A DNA stretch of 60,048 bases, filler included, from Globobulimina sp. (GCA_003354225.1; 11 parts of 11 records of this genome joined end to end with filler, not necessarily neighbours in it), one strand, 5' to 3'; shown: positions 46,701 to 58,227, counted from the first letter of the whole stretch. Made by a program: numbers and translations. The notes: generated by a model from the letters alone, not told the origin.

Positions 46701-49143
46701 TGTCATTTTTGGACGAAAAGGAAATTGATTGCGATTTAATGATCAAACGGGTGAGATTTGATCGGATCAAATCTCGTTTGCGAGCTTATGGGTTAAATAT
46801 GTTGCGGGTGTTTTTACTGCCACAATGTACAGGTTTTGCCATATTGCGGAGGGAGTTGATCCATTTTTTAATGCCGTCGTTGTACGGCATGCATGATTTG
46901 GCATTTTGCGGCAAGCAAATCAATATTCTGAACGGATTGACCCCCATTGGCGGGAAATTAAGCAATGCGTTGTCGGTGTCGTTGAAGAAGTTGATGTATT
47001 TTCTGAAAGCGTTGTTGTTGAAACCGGCAGAAATCGGCAGTAATTTAATAAAATGTATTCTGTATTGTTTTTCATTCCGTTATGATATCTGTGAGCTGTC
47101 GATGGTGATCAATGAGATTAAGTTATTCGAAGCCATTGAAACGCTGTTAAATGTTAAGGACTTTGGCAGGAAATGGATTGGATTCAAGACTGCGGCATGG
47201 TGTATGATGGAGATGTTGACTACGAATATATTACAGTTTAAAAACCAACAATATGCGCAGCGGAATAGTAACACGTTGATAATCTTCGATGAGTTTTTAA
47301 ACAATGTGCACAGTTTACAGATCCAACAGTTGTCGGACATCGCGCAGATTGAAGCGTATAATTTCTCCAATTATGTGCCGGAATTGCCCAAAAAACATCA
47401 CATTACATTCAAATCCACCATACAGGCCAACAAAGAGGAAGATGACGACGATGATGATAAGGAGGACGAGCAGGAGGATGAGGATGACGCGGAGCTCAAC
47501 AAAGAGGCATTTAATGTGCGTGTGTTGTCATTTATGTTACATAGTTTGTCTTGGGATGATAATAAGGCCCAAATCAAACTCTTTTGTGGTGCCAAATCGT
47601 TGCAAGCATTGCTAAAATTATCATTCAAATCGTCCTCGCCGCGGACCCGGAATGTGAGTCTGCGGTTATTGCGAGAATTATTGTTGAATGAGAAGTTGAT
47701 ATCGATGAACAAACAGGAATTTATTGAGAAGTTATTGTCAAATATCGGACAGTCTTTGTTGTCGCCGGTGATTTCGTCGTATTTTATTGACTCTAACAAT
47801 GATAAGCGGACAAGCGAGGATATGTTGACCTATTTGGCCTCGCTGCGATTGCCAGAGTTATATTCCATTGATGGATGCTCGATTTTTAGTGAACAGATAA
47901 TGATCATTCGGTATTTAGTGCGAATGAGCAAATCCTGGTCCATTGTGATCAGCGATATTATTAAAAACTATTTAAATAAGTATTTGACATTGAACTTGAA
48001 CAATATCACCATCAATGAAGAGGAGCAATGGATATTTAAGTTATTTGGCTGTTTGGGCGTATTTGGCGGCTATACGGATACCTTACGCGTCGGCACCAAA
48101 TGTTACTATGTGTCTGAAAATATTATGGCGTCGATCACCGCACGCAATTTTAGTAAAAATAAAGTGAGTTTGATACGAGAGTCGGAGCAGACGCATATTG
48201 ACAATGTCTCGATCAATGAGATTATATGCATTGGGGATGAGATATTTGCACCAAATCTATACTCGTTTAACGATTCCGAATATATACAATTAATTGCAAA
48301 TATAATCAGCATTACATCGCAAATAAAACACACAAAAACATTGACCACAGAAAATATAATCTCGCATCGGTTGTTTTCTTTATGTTGTTCCACGTTAAGC
48401 TCCTTGTTATTGAATGGGAAATTATTACAATTATATTTGGATAACTTTGACATATCATATTTAACATCGATTGCGTTTTGCAAAACCTCTGTAAACAATA
48501 AACTATCATTTCCCACATCGATATTAAATGACAGATCGCATATTATATCGTCGATATTGTTGAATAGATGTCGTAACTATGAAAATATACAAATTGAGCT
48601 GTACCATTCCTCCAAAAATATAAAAATTGCGATAAAAAATCCAAATATTGAATTCAAGGCTGAATTTGCCAAATTTGGAAAGAAATTAGAGATGAAAAAA
48701 CAAGGAATTACCGGGCTGTCGCAGTCGACCAAAGGCAAATTGAATGGATTGTTGTCATATATTAGACTCTATGGAAAGATAACGGCAAACAAATGCAAAA
48801 ATAAAATCGTTTGTTTGGATACGTATTATAAGCGAACCTCATTAAAATCCAAACTGGCACAGATTAAAAACTATGGCGCCATTGCGGTGGTATTATTGTT
48901 GCATTCAAAATGTGTGAAAGAGGAAGGATTGGATATAACTGCAGAGGATGAGGACGACGAAGACGACGACGACGATGATGAGGACGATGAGGAAGATGAT
49001 CAGAAAAAGAAAAAGAAAAAGAAACGCAAAAATAGCCGAGATATTGTGGACATTGCCGCAAATTCCGCATTGCGGTCCATATCGCAGCAGAATCAAATCA
49101 TCGATGAAATGAATGAGATGATGATATTTGAAAATTCAATGTT
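43787..49143 (+). CDS. Internal fragment of a giant protein with a CUB-like domain (HECT/HERC-type E3-like, tentative)
   Basis: Single >1780-codon open frame; SESNHP...IFIPGSKSLKLSID...ISGDSVYVVFSS...AWGFKI resembles the CUB-like modules of giant E3 ligases; no catalytic domain visible. Confidence 0.6.
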
Positions 49144-49243
49144 NNNNNNNNNNNNNNNNNNNNNNNNNNNNNNNNNNNNNNNNNNNNTTAATTAATTAAN
49201 NNNNNNNNNNNNNNNNNNNNNNNNNNNNNNNNNNNNNNNNNNN
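49144..49243. other. Artificial contig linker
   Basis: N44-TTAATTAATTAA-N44. Confidence 0.99.
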
Positions 49244-49491
49244 AAAAGACATCAATAAATACAAAAGAGTCTCGCAATTATTGCAATTTTTTAGCGACCT
49301 GAAGGAATTAAGAAAAGATGATTATGAAACCATTCAAAACTCTCATCTGGAAAACAAAAGACAAAAAAAATGATATATTTAATATATGATATTCAAATAT
49401 TGACTTTGCTTATTTAACTCAAAGATTGTTTCAATTGTTTCAATTCGTCCATACAATTAAGTGCAAGGATGCAACAAATAATAATCATTAT

Positions 49492-51240
49492 TCAGTCAGT
49501 GTTGCAATTGGCGATTTTTGGTTCAACAATAAATAACGTGCTGTTTGTAGCAGTTCTAACGCCAATAACATTGCCCATATCAGATATTATTTTTGTAACT
49601 GCAGTATTTACCATCCGGGGCGTTTTTATTTCTCGACATGTATTAAACCAACGATTTGGATTAAATGTATCAATACAACATTGATTCATTGTATTATAAC
49701 CCCATGACCATATATCACGTTTATCCGATACCGCAATGCTATGCGTTGAGCCGCAACTAATATCCACAATGTTATATCTGTCCAATGCCATCAATTGCTG
49801 TGGAGAATAGATATGATTTGTATTGCCGTCGCCACAACAACCATATCTACCAAACCCCCATGAAAAAACCTTACCGAATACATCCAGCACTAAGACGTGG
49901 TCGCTACCACAGCATATTTTAAATATTTTTATGTCGTTTTGCTGAAAATATTTGATTTCCTTTGGCTCCCATCGTAATCTTAAATTCCTTTCACCAATCC
50001 CTAATTCACCAAATTCATTTCTTCCCCACGACCATAACTTGCCTTCAACATCGATACAATAACTATTGCTATCACCACATTGTATTGTTTCTATACTTAT
50101 ATTTATATCAATCTTTTTGGGGACTAATAATTGCTGAATACCGGCATAGCCATTATTTTTAAACCCTAACTGTCCCCATTTATTATGTCCGCAGGCATAA
50201 ATATTGCCATTGGAACCCAAAAATAATGAATGTTCGATACCGCACGAAATATCTTGGATTCTGATTGGTGTGTTGGCATGGCCATCTTTGGGATGATGGG
50301 GGATTGGCGTCATTAATGTCGGTGTCATCTCTTTTAAGATTTGCCTGTTTATACCACATTGTCCCCATTCATTCGCGCCATGGCAATATATCTCATCATT
50401 AGTTGTGGTGACAAACATATGATACGCTCTCTTGCCATGCGATACATCTTTGATTTTTAAATTATTTTTTACATAAAACGGGTGTTGTACTGCTATATCA
50501 ACAACATTTTCGCAATGGTTTAGACCAAATTGTCCATATTTATTAAAACCACATATCCATAAATCGCGATTGTCGCTAATATAGGCGATGCCATTGATTG
50601 TGCATGGTATGATCGACGACAATACAAATTCTTGACTTCTTGTGATCCATTCTAATTCTTGCAATTCCATACAATTATTTTTTCCCGGTATGCCAAACTC
50701 GCCGCGGTCATTTCTGCCGACTCCGTACACGGTTATGGTCTGATAATAGCGCACACATAGTTTCATCACACCATCCGGCACTATCCGCATGCACAGATTA
50801 TCATCGATAGCATCGTCAATATCACTCGAGAAATCTTCAAAATCATATATTCGCAAAAAACCATAGACCAACAATTCAGATGGAATATCATTTCTGCAGA
50901 TCATTGATTTCATTTTGGTCAAATCAGATATTTGCGGGTTTAATACATTTTGTATACTTAAACGAAATCTCGATTGTTGTTTTATATCATTTTCCCATTC
51001 AAATTTTTCAGCCATTTCAGAAATTAAAAAGCTGTCTTCTAAATTTTCGATATCGTCTCGTATTGAATCAAGATCAAAATCATTTTCACGGATATATTTA
51101 TCAAATTCTTTGGCAATATTCTCGGTGAAGTTTGCTTTTATTTCTTCATATATGCTATTTAATAAAGTATTAATTGGCAAAACATTTGGGTTTTGTGATT
51201 TTTGTTTGGTTAAAGATGGTGGACCACCGCTCAACATCAT
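49492..51240 (-). CDS. RCC1-repeat beta-propeller protein with N-terminal lineage motifs
   Basis: Repeated ISCGIEHSLFL...IYACGHNKWGQLG, CGSDHVLVL...VFSWGFGRYGCCG, SCGSTHSIAV...IWSWGYN. Confidence 0.92.
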   Translation of the reverse strand: MMLSGGPPSLTKQKSQNPNVLPINTLLNSIYEEIKANFTENIAKEFDKYIRENDFDLDSIRDDIENLEDSFLISEMAEKFEWENDIKQQSRFRLSIQNVLNPQISDLTKMKSMICRNDIPSELLVYGFLRIYDFEDFSSDIDDAIDDNLCMRIVPDGVMKLCVRYYQTITVYGVGRNDRGEFGIPGKNNCMELQELEWITRSQEFVLSSIIPCTINGIAYISDNRDLWICGFNKYGQFGLNHCENVVDIAVQHPFYVKNNLKIKDVSHGKRAYHMFVTTTNDEIYCHGANEWGQCGINRQILKEMTPTLMTPIPHHPKDGHANTPIRIQDISCGIEHSLFLGSNGNIYACGHNKWGQLGFKNNGYAGIQQLLVPKKIDINISIETIQCGDSNSYCIDVEGKLWSWGRNEFGELGIGERNLRLRWEPKEIKYFQQNDIKIFKICCGSDHVLVLDVFGKVFSWGFGRYGCCGDGNTNHIYSPQQLMALDRYNIVDISCGSTHSIAVSDKRDIWSWGYNTMNQCCIDTFNPNRWFNTCREIKTPRMVNTAVTKIISDMGNVIGVRTATNSTLFIVEPKIANCNTD

Positions 51241-51363
51241 AACGTGTAAGATATTGTGTTGTGTTGTGTCGTGTTGTGTTGTGTTGTATACTAAAGTTTG
51301 TGTAACATAAGTAGTTTAAAAACTGCTAAATTAATAAAAATATATTTAAGTATTTTACGAACA

Positions 51364-52257
51364 ATGCGCTCGTTTCGTGGCTTTACATTTTCAAAAAAGA
51401 AAAAACAAAATGCTGATCAGGATGATTATAAATATAGTAAATATACGAGCAACACAAGAGAAGTACGGACCAAAAACTCAAAATATTTTAGCGACCAAGA
51501 AATTGGAAGAAAAAAAAGAAGAATGGTGGTCAATTTGCTATTATCAATGACATTGACTGATGATGTATCCTTGTCATTATTGTATGATGTGTCTCACGGC
51601 TTTGATTTGCCACTAGTTATCGGCGAACAGTTTATTTGCAAATTACATGGAAAAACATTTCAATCGGCCTCATACAATGATTGCTTACAATTTATTTTAA
51701 CTACCTTACATTTGGAAGGATTTCAATTTGCAATCAATATATATTCCACATTAATGGATAAATTGGATGCCAATAAAAAATGTTTGCTTGCTTATCATGG
51801 ATTTTCTGTTAAAACACGAAAATATCATTTTAGTGAATATAAAAATTGTTTTGTCGGTAAAGAAGCAGTGACGTGGATGGTTACAAACTGTTTATGTAAA
51901 ACTAGACAAAACGCTGTTGCTCTGGCACAGTATTGGATGGCTCAAAAATTAATTAAACATGTTACTGATGAACAGAAATTTGAAGATAATAAACATTTTT
52001 ATCAATTCGTATGTCATAATAACAATAATGATAATATTGATAATATTGCAGATAAAAAAGCGGCAACACCACAACAACAACAACAACAAAAACAACAACT
52101 CACTAATATTACATCTGACTATTCTGATTATAATGGCCATGGCGTACTCAGTTTAAAGGAAACACCATCATATTCATCAAGGTTCAATCCTAACAGTCCC
52201 AGATCGAGACAAAAACAAGTTTCTTCATTTACATTGCCAACAATATTAGGATCGTAA
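51364..52257 (+). CDS. DEP domain protein
   Basis: YKNCFVGKEAVTWMV...TRQNAVALAQ...LIKHVTDEQKFEDNKHFYQF; start MRSFRG. Confidence 0.85.
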   Translation: MRSFRGFTFSKKKKQNADQDDYKYSKYTSNTREVRTKNSKYFSDQEIGRKKRRMVVNLLLSMTLTDDVSLSLLYDVSHGFDLPLVIGEQFICKLHGKTFQSASYNDCLQFILTTLHLEGFQFAINIYSTLMDKLDANKKCLLAYHGFSVKTRKYHFSEYKNCFVGKEAVTWMVTNCLCKTRQNAVALAQYWMAQKLIKHVTDEQKFEDNKHFYQFVCHNNNNDNIDNIADKKAATPQQQQQQKQQLTNITSDYSDYNGHGVLSLKETPSYSSRFNPNSPRSRQKQVSSFTLPTILGS

Positions 52258-52370
52258 AATTTATTCATTGTTTTTTCATTGTCATTGTCATTCTGTTAAA
52301 AAGTGTTAATTAATTAAAATGCTTTTTTAAATCTTAGTAAACTACTTAGTACTTACTAGTTTGGGGCTAG

Positions 52371-54598
52371 ATGTCTTCTTCAATAAATGATGAGGAAATA
52401 GAATTAAGTCAATTAACAGATAAAAATCAAACCCAATTAATAATATCGAAACTTGTAAAATTATGTACAACAGCAAATGACAAATATCCATCAGGAACAG
52501 ATTATAGATATTTTTGTTCGTATCCATCATTTAATGAGCAATCAAATAATTTATCAAAGAATGTCTTGACATTACTCAATACATTATGCAATTTCGCCAA
52601 TCCAAATGACAATAAAATAGATTTATTATCGGAAAATAATGAATATCTTCGATGGCAAACAATATCCGACTCAGCAGATCATTGTATTGAAGAAGTTGAT
52701 TTCTGTTTAGATCAAGTAAAAGAAGAAAATAATAATCAATCCTTACATACTAAGAATAATTGTAATTCGTCATCATCATTATCACAAAAACAAAACCAAT
52801 TATTCTCAGTTAAATCCTTGCACTCAATCTCTTTTTATTTGTTATTTAAATAATCTAATTATATAAAACAGGGTGATATCGATATAAATGCCTATAATTA
52901 TAACTCATTGGAATTGTTGTATCCCCAACGCGCATTCTTAGATATTATTGACAATAAACGGATAATTAATACAATGAATGCAACTGATAATAAACATCCG
53001 TATGAGCATGAAATAAATAATATTTGTTACAAAAAAGAACAATTATTGTATAGAAAAGAAGCAATTGAAATTCATGCAATTGAGGATACATTATTTTATT
53101 GGATAGACTCAGAAGAGTCATTGTCAACAATCTGTAATGTGTTGAAGAATTGTAATGAGATTGCGGTTGATTTAGAACATCATAATAAATATACATTTTA
53201 TGGCTTAACCTGTTTAATACAGATATCAGCCGAGCGTAGGGATTATATTATCGATGCATTGGTATTACGTAAATGTATCCACAGTTATTTAAATCCTATA
53301 TTTACAAATTCAAACATTGTCAAAGTATTTCATGGTTCAACGAATGATATTTTATGGCTGCAAAGAGATTTTAGTATTTATGTTGTTAATTTATTTGATA
53401 CTTTTGAAGCAGCCAAGTTATTAAATTTAAAAGAAAAATCATTAAAATATTTATTAAACACATATTGTGACATTGATACAAATAAAGATTTAAGAAAAAC
53501 GGATTGGAGAATACGTCCATTAAGACCTGAATTAATTGACTATGCCAGAAAAGACACACATTATTCATTGTATATTTATCATCATTTAACAAATGAATTA
53601 ATTGCCAAATCTCGACAAAATATGGATTTATTACGCGAATGTTATGCCAATTCAGCAAAACAATCATTAATACGATATAATAAACCATATTTCGATGCGA
53701 ATGGATGGCAGGATTTATGTAAATATAATGGATGGTACTTTACAAACAATAAAAGTTTGGAGGTATTGGCGAAATTATATGAATGGAGAGATAGAATTGG
53801 AAGGCAGTTGGACCAATCCGTTGAGGTCGTTTTGTCAAACAAATTATTAAAAAAAATTGTGACTGGATTACGTTTACCGGTCGACATAAAAAAATATCAT
53901 TTATCTGTTATTGCAAAGAAATATTATAAAGATATATTGGATATTATTAATGAATGTGTTGAAGATGAATTGGACGATAATAATAATGATCATAATAATA
54001 ATAATAACAAGAAGAATGTGAATGATTTAAATGAAATATGTCTTAGCAATGATGGCTGTTTTAGCAATATTTCGGATGAAATGGTGGCGACGGAAATGAT
54101 GGCACCGAAAGTTAATGATTGTGAGAAAAATAAATCATTTTTTCCAATACTTAATCGAGTAAAGGAAGCACATAATAATGCACAAAATATTGTTGATGAT
54201 GTTTTTAATCAAATATCAAATGAACCTATTTTCGGAGAGAAAGAGAAAGGGGAAAAGAAAAAATCAAAAAGAAATAGGAATGAGAATAAGAAGCAAAAAT
54301 TAAAAAATAATAATGTGTATAGTGCAAAACCCAGAAATAATCCATCAAATAAAATATTTGGCAGTCGATATGTTAATACCAAGGCCAAGAAACAAAATGT
54401 ATTTAAATTACCAAGAAACAATAATAATAACCAGAAAAAGAGAAAATCACAAGATGTTGATTTTTATGGTCCAATTTTAGAAAATATCCAACCTGCAAAG
54501 AGACAAAAAGTATCAAAACGTCATCTTCAACGAAGAAGAATAATGCAGGAAACAAATGCAGTGGAAAAGGAATGGCCAATAAACAAAACAAATCAAAA
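52371..54598 (+). CDS. RRP6: Exosome exonuclease RRP6/EXOSC10, two exons, 3'-partial
   Basis: PMC2NT-like N-terminus; HPYEHEI, EIAVDLEHH, TCLIQIS, DILWLQRDF, DWRIRPL, YARKDTHY; HRDC LYEWRDRIGRQLD; intron ~52809-52871. Confidence 0.92.
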
Positions 54599-54698
54599 NN
54601 NNNNNNNNNNNNNNNNNNNNNNNNNNNNNNNNNNNNNNNNNNTTAATTAATTAANNNNNNNNNNNNNNNNNNNNNNNNNNNNNNNNNNNNNNNNNNNN
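54599..54698. other. Artificial contig linker
   Basis: N44-TTAATTAATTAA-N44. Confidence 0.99.
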
Positions 54699-54877
54699 TA
54701 TTCTTTATTTCTGAGATTATTTGATTCACTCGCAATGGATTTTAGTTGTTGGATATGGTTTGCTATTTCTTTGGGAATTCCTTTGGATGAAAAGTATTGT
54801 TTTCTGTAAATATGCAGTGGATTCATATTAGTTGACGAGATTCTATTGCATTCTTTGCAAAGTGTTCTCAAAGCCAT
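54699..54877 (-). CDS. N-terminus of a possibly mitochondrion-targeted protein, 3'-partial
   Basis: MALRTLCKECNRISS...RKQYFSS presequence-like; open to the contig end. Confidence 0.4.
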
Positions 54878-54920
54878 GACAAATATTCAAGTAGTACTGA
54901 AAAGGATAGTTTTTTTACAA

Positions 54921-56269
54921 TCATTTATCAGAATTTGTGCTTTTATTTTCCTTTTTTCCTTTTTCATTTTCAACAAATTTATCAATTCCATGATGATCGC
55001 CTTTAATATTTTTATAATTAACAATTCTTCCTTTAATCATATGCATTGGAGTCACTTCTCCAGCCATACACTGATCGAATCTATTCCGCAATTCGAGGCC
55101 AGTCAATCCTTTCCCCATTAAATAAGACAATTTAGCCACACATGCTTCGATTGTCATATCTCCGCCAGAAATAAGTCCTATTCCATGGAAAAAATTACCC
55201 GCTGCATACACTGACATATTTACATGACCCTTCAAGCATTGTGTTGTGATCACAATATTACATCCTGAATCTATGCATTCTGCAAATATATTCTTCAACT
55301 GATTGGATTGCGGCGCATTCCCCGCTCCGTAAAAACTGACCACAATTCCTTGTCGTTTCTTATTACATAACACATGCTGTAACAGCAGGAAATTCGTACA
55401 TGGAGTCATATAAATAACCACAATATCTCGGAACATTTTGGTAAAAACTCTGAAACCGCGCTTTGAGGCTGGTAACAATAATGATTTGTTTATAAGTAAG
55501 GCAGTGCCAAATGTTGCTAATGGTTTCATGTTTGGAGAGGAAAAGGCGGCGTGCGAGGACTGGTCGTGACGGATGACCCGATTGCCGCGATACACCCTTC
55601 GATCAAAGCATACGCAAACTTCATTTATATTACTTCTGCCAGCAATGATTAAGCTTGATATTAAATTGCTTTTTGCTACAAAAAAACATGCAAATTACTG
55701 TTACAAAATATAGGTAGAAATGTATACAATGTACCATCGTTGAAGGCATGGTCAAGTTTTGTGGTGGAGCTTGTCAACACGACGGATTTGGATAGATTTT
55801 GCAGCATAAAAGACAAATATGAAGAGCAATATGCTAATTTGCCAAGATTTCCTACGATTACAAAGCCGTCAAATTCAAAGTAATATTTTTCAATTGTTTT
55901 GACCAGTTTTATGTAATCAATAATCTGTGAATCATTGTCTTTGGATAAATGTTGAAATTCAGAGATGTCTGTGGTTTGGATTGAAGGCAAAGAGGGATGT
56001 TGGAAATCTGGATCGTATAATATGTATTTGGATAATGTGGTGAATTCGATCATATTGTGTAATTCCATCAAAATAATAAGTATTTGTTTGTCACATTTGT
56101 TTTCAATGTCGTCAATATCATTTTTGCTTTCTTTATGTGACATAAATTGGACAGATGCTGTTGGTAACCTGCGAAGTACGTTCATTGGTGATATTTTACC
56201 CAGAGCCAATAAATCAGTGGATGACGCTGATTGTGGTAGTCGTGGTGCATCCGTTGGTTGTGATGCCAT
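54921..56269 (-). CDS. Type I L-asparaginase-like protein lacking catalytic motifs, two exons
   Basis: FDGFVI...LAYCSSYLSFMLQNLSKSVVLT, EVCVCF, RGNR, AFSSPN, YGAGNAP, TTQCLKG, DMTIEACVAKLSYLMG, GEVT; intron 55676-55734. Confidence 0.85.
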
Positions 56270-56405
56270 GTCAACTTTCAAAGTAGAAGTAACAACTAAC
56301 AAGCTTTGAACCACATCAACAACAACTGAACCACATCAACCACACAAGTTCCATCTTTCGATCCAAATAAAGATAAAGAACATCAAATACATAATTCGTA
56401 TAAGG

Positions 56406-57269
56406 ATGTTCGAACTGCTTTTGGTATTTGTATTTGTATTATTTGCTATTCATTCAGGAGAGAGTGCCGCACTTGTAATTGGAACAGCAACTGCTATATA
56501 TGTTGCTCCCGTGGCAGTAGAGACAGTGGCAGTGGTTGCTCCGGTGGTTGCCGCAACGGGTCCTGTCGGCTGGATCATAGGAGGGGGTATATTGCTCGTT
56601 GTTGGACTTTTTGGATTCTTTGCATGGTTATTTGGCTCCAACTCACAGAACTCGCAGAACGTGAGATATGTGAACGGAAATAGGCACACAACGACGGCCG
56701 CTGTTTATTCAATTTCAGAACAACAAAAACGTAAATTAATCAAAAATGCATTAAAGATTTCATCATTTCATGTTTCCTGTAAATCAGATCATCCATCAAA
56801 AGAAAAGGTAGCCAAAAGTAAATGGAATGCAATTGGAATTGTATTATTTGAATATGGTGGAAAAGGTGATTTTTTTATAAATCATATCCATTGTAAATCT
56901 GGATATATTGTATTGAAAACAGATAAAAATCTGTCACCAAATGGTGAAACATATCATGCCGCGTGTTTTGAAAAAGTATTCGGGAAATCACATAAGAAAT
57001 TGGCTAAAACATTAGTTGGCGGAGGGTTTTCAGTTCAAAATGGAGAATGTGCGTTCAATTCAGGGACATTTAATTGTGGCGATGGTGCTGATGATCGGTA
57101 TCATTTTGGAACACGAACTATGAATCCATTGATTCAGCATCATATTGAATTGGCAGTAAAAAATTGGATTGAAAATTTCAAACAAAATACCTATGTAAAG
57201 GATGCAGGTAATAAAATAAAAAATACATTGTGTGTGCATCCAGATTCACCACTCGCAAACAAAAATTGA
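56406..57269 (+). CDS. Secreted/membrane protein with GPVGW hydrophobic segment and uncharacterised C-terminal domain
   Basis: Signal peptide, Ala/Val/Gly-rich AATGPVGWIIGGG-TM segment, then globular domain with HAACF, GGGF, NSGTFN, YH. Confidence 0.7.
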   Translation: MFELLLVFVFVLFAIHSGESAALVIGTATAIYVAPVAVETVAVVAPVVAATGPVGWIIGGGILLVVGLFGFFAWLFGSNSQNSQNVRYVNGNRHTTTAAVYSISEQQKRKLIKNALKISSFHVSCKSDHPSKEKVAKSKWNAIGIVLFEYGGKGDFFINHIHCKSGYIVLKTDKNLSPNGETYHAACFEKVFGKSHKKLAKTLVGGGFSVQNGECAFNSGTFNCGDGADDRYHFGTRTMNPLIQHHIELAVKNWIENFKQNTYVKDAGNKIKNTLCVHPDSPLANKN

Positions 57270-57701
57270 TCAAGATTATCCTTTCTTTTTTTATATAATT
57301 AGTTACAGAATATAAGTGTAACGTTTTTATAGTTTTATATTTTATGTATTTTATAATAAAAACAAATCGGAGCTAAACCATTGGTTAACCCCTTGGATAT
57401 AACTCATCAAATAAGTAGTATACGTACTTTTGTATATGTTTGCCACTGTATACTTTGCTTTGATTTTGTGCAACAATGTAGCCATTCAATGTGTGAAAGC
57501 ATGGATTAATCATGCATTCGTGATACAATTAGTGTAAAATGAGTTCTATTCAAAAAGAGGAAATTTCCTGCAGAAGATTATTTTAGAAACACAAGAAAAT
57601 TCGCGGACCTTAAACTCAAAACTTTTTTGGTTTGTTTTTTTCAGGAACAGGGAAATAAGTGGGCAAATGTTAGATGTTTAAAAGGTAAAAGGTAAAAGGT
57701 G

Positions 57702-58178
57702 TTAAAGGTCAGATTGATTAGGAATTTTCCAAAATTCAACATAAAATCTCATATCATCCGTGTTAGCCGCTACTTTATGATATTGTTGTGGCGCAGATAT
57801 GGCGCATTGACCTTTTTTAATAATTACTATTTGATTTGTTTGAATATCATTTTTATTCGCAAATATAGTGACTTTTAATTCGCCTTCAACCACATGTATC
57901 AATCCAGTTACTCCTTTTTTAGTATTATGTCGTGATGTTAATCCTCTTGGAATTGTATCTTTATTAAAAATTTTTGTAGTTTTATATGGTTTATGTGCCT
58001 CCGTTAATTTCCAATTTGCGGGACCTATGTAAGCTGGAATTTCCTTTGACAATGTTGGGTTAGAATCATCTGGTTTTGTTGCATCCATTTCATTTTTATT
58101 ATTTTTTGAGCTAAAAAAATAATATGCAGCAACCACACAAATGATACAAATCGCTGCTGTTACTTCCTGCGTATCCAT
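57702..58178 (-). CDS. DUF1971 (YeaR/TehB N-terminal-like cupin) protein with N-terminal TM anchor
   Basis: PYKTTKIFNKDTIPRGLTSRHNTKKGVTGLIHVVEGEL...PQQYHKV...FYVEF. Confidence 0.82.
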   Translation of the reverse strand: MDTQEVTAAICIICVVAAYYFFSSKNNKNEMDATKPDDSNPTLSKEIPAYIGPANWKLTEAHKPYKTTKIFNKDTIPRGLTSRHNTKKGVTGLIHVVEGELKVTIFANKNDIQTNQIVIIKKGQCAISAPQQYHKVAANTDDMRFYVEFWKIPNQSDL

Positions 58179-58227
58179 TATCCTTTAGTACAGTACAGAA
58201 ATGATTTAAAAACTTTTCAAACATAAT

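Noticed and set aside
44044-49096. Numerous antisense and alternate-frame ORFs here and throughout the window
   Set aside because: Shadows of long coding or low-complexity sequence, with no motifs of their own.
5382-54698. Regularly spaced TTAATTAATTAA elements every ~5.47 kb
   Set aside because: Identical N-flanked 100-nt linkers joining length-sorted contigs; an artefact. ORFs ending in X...LIN and any cross-linker gene neighbourhood are not biological.
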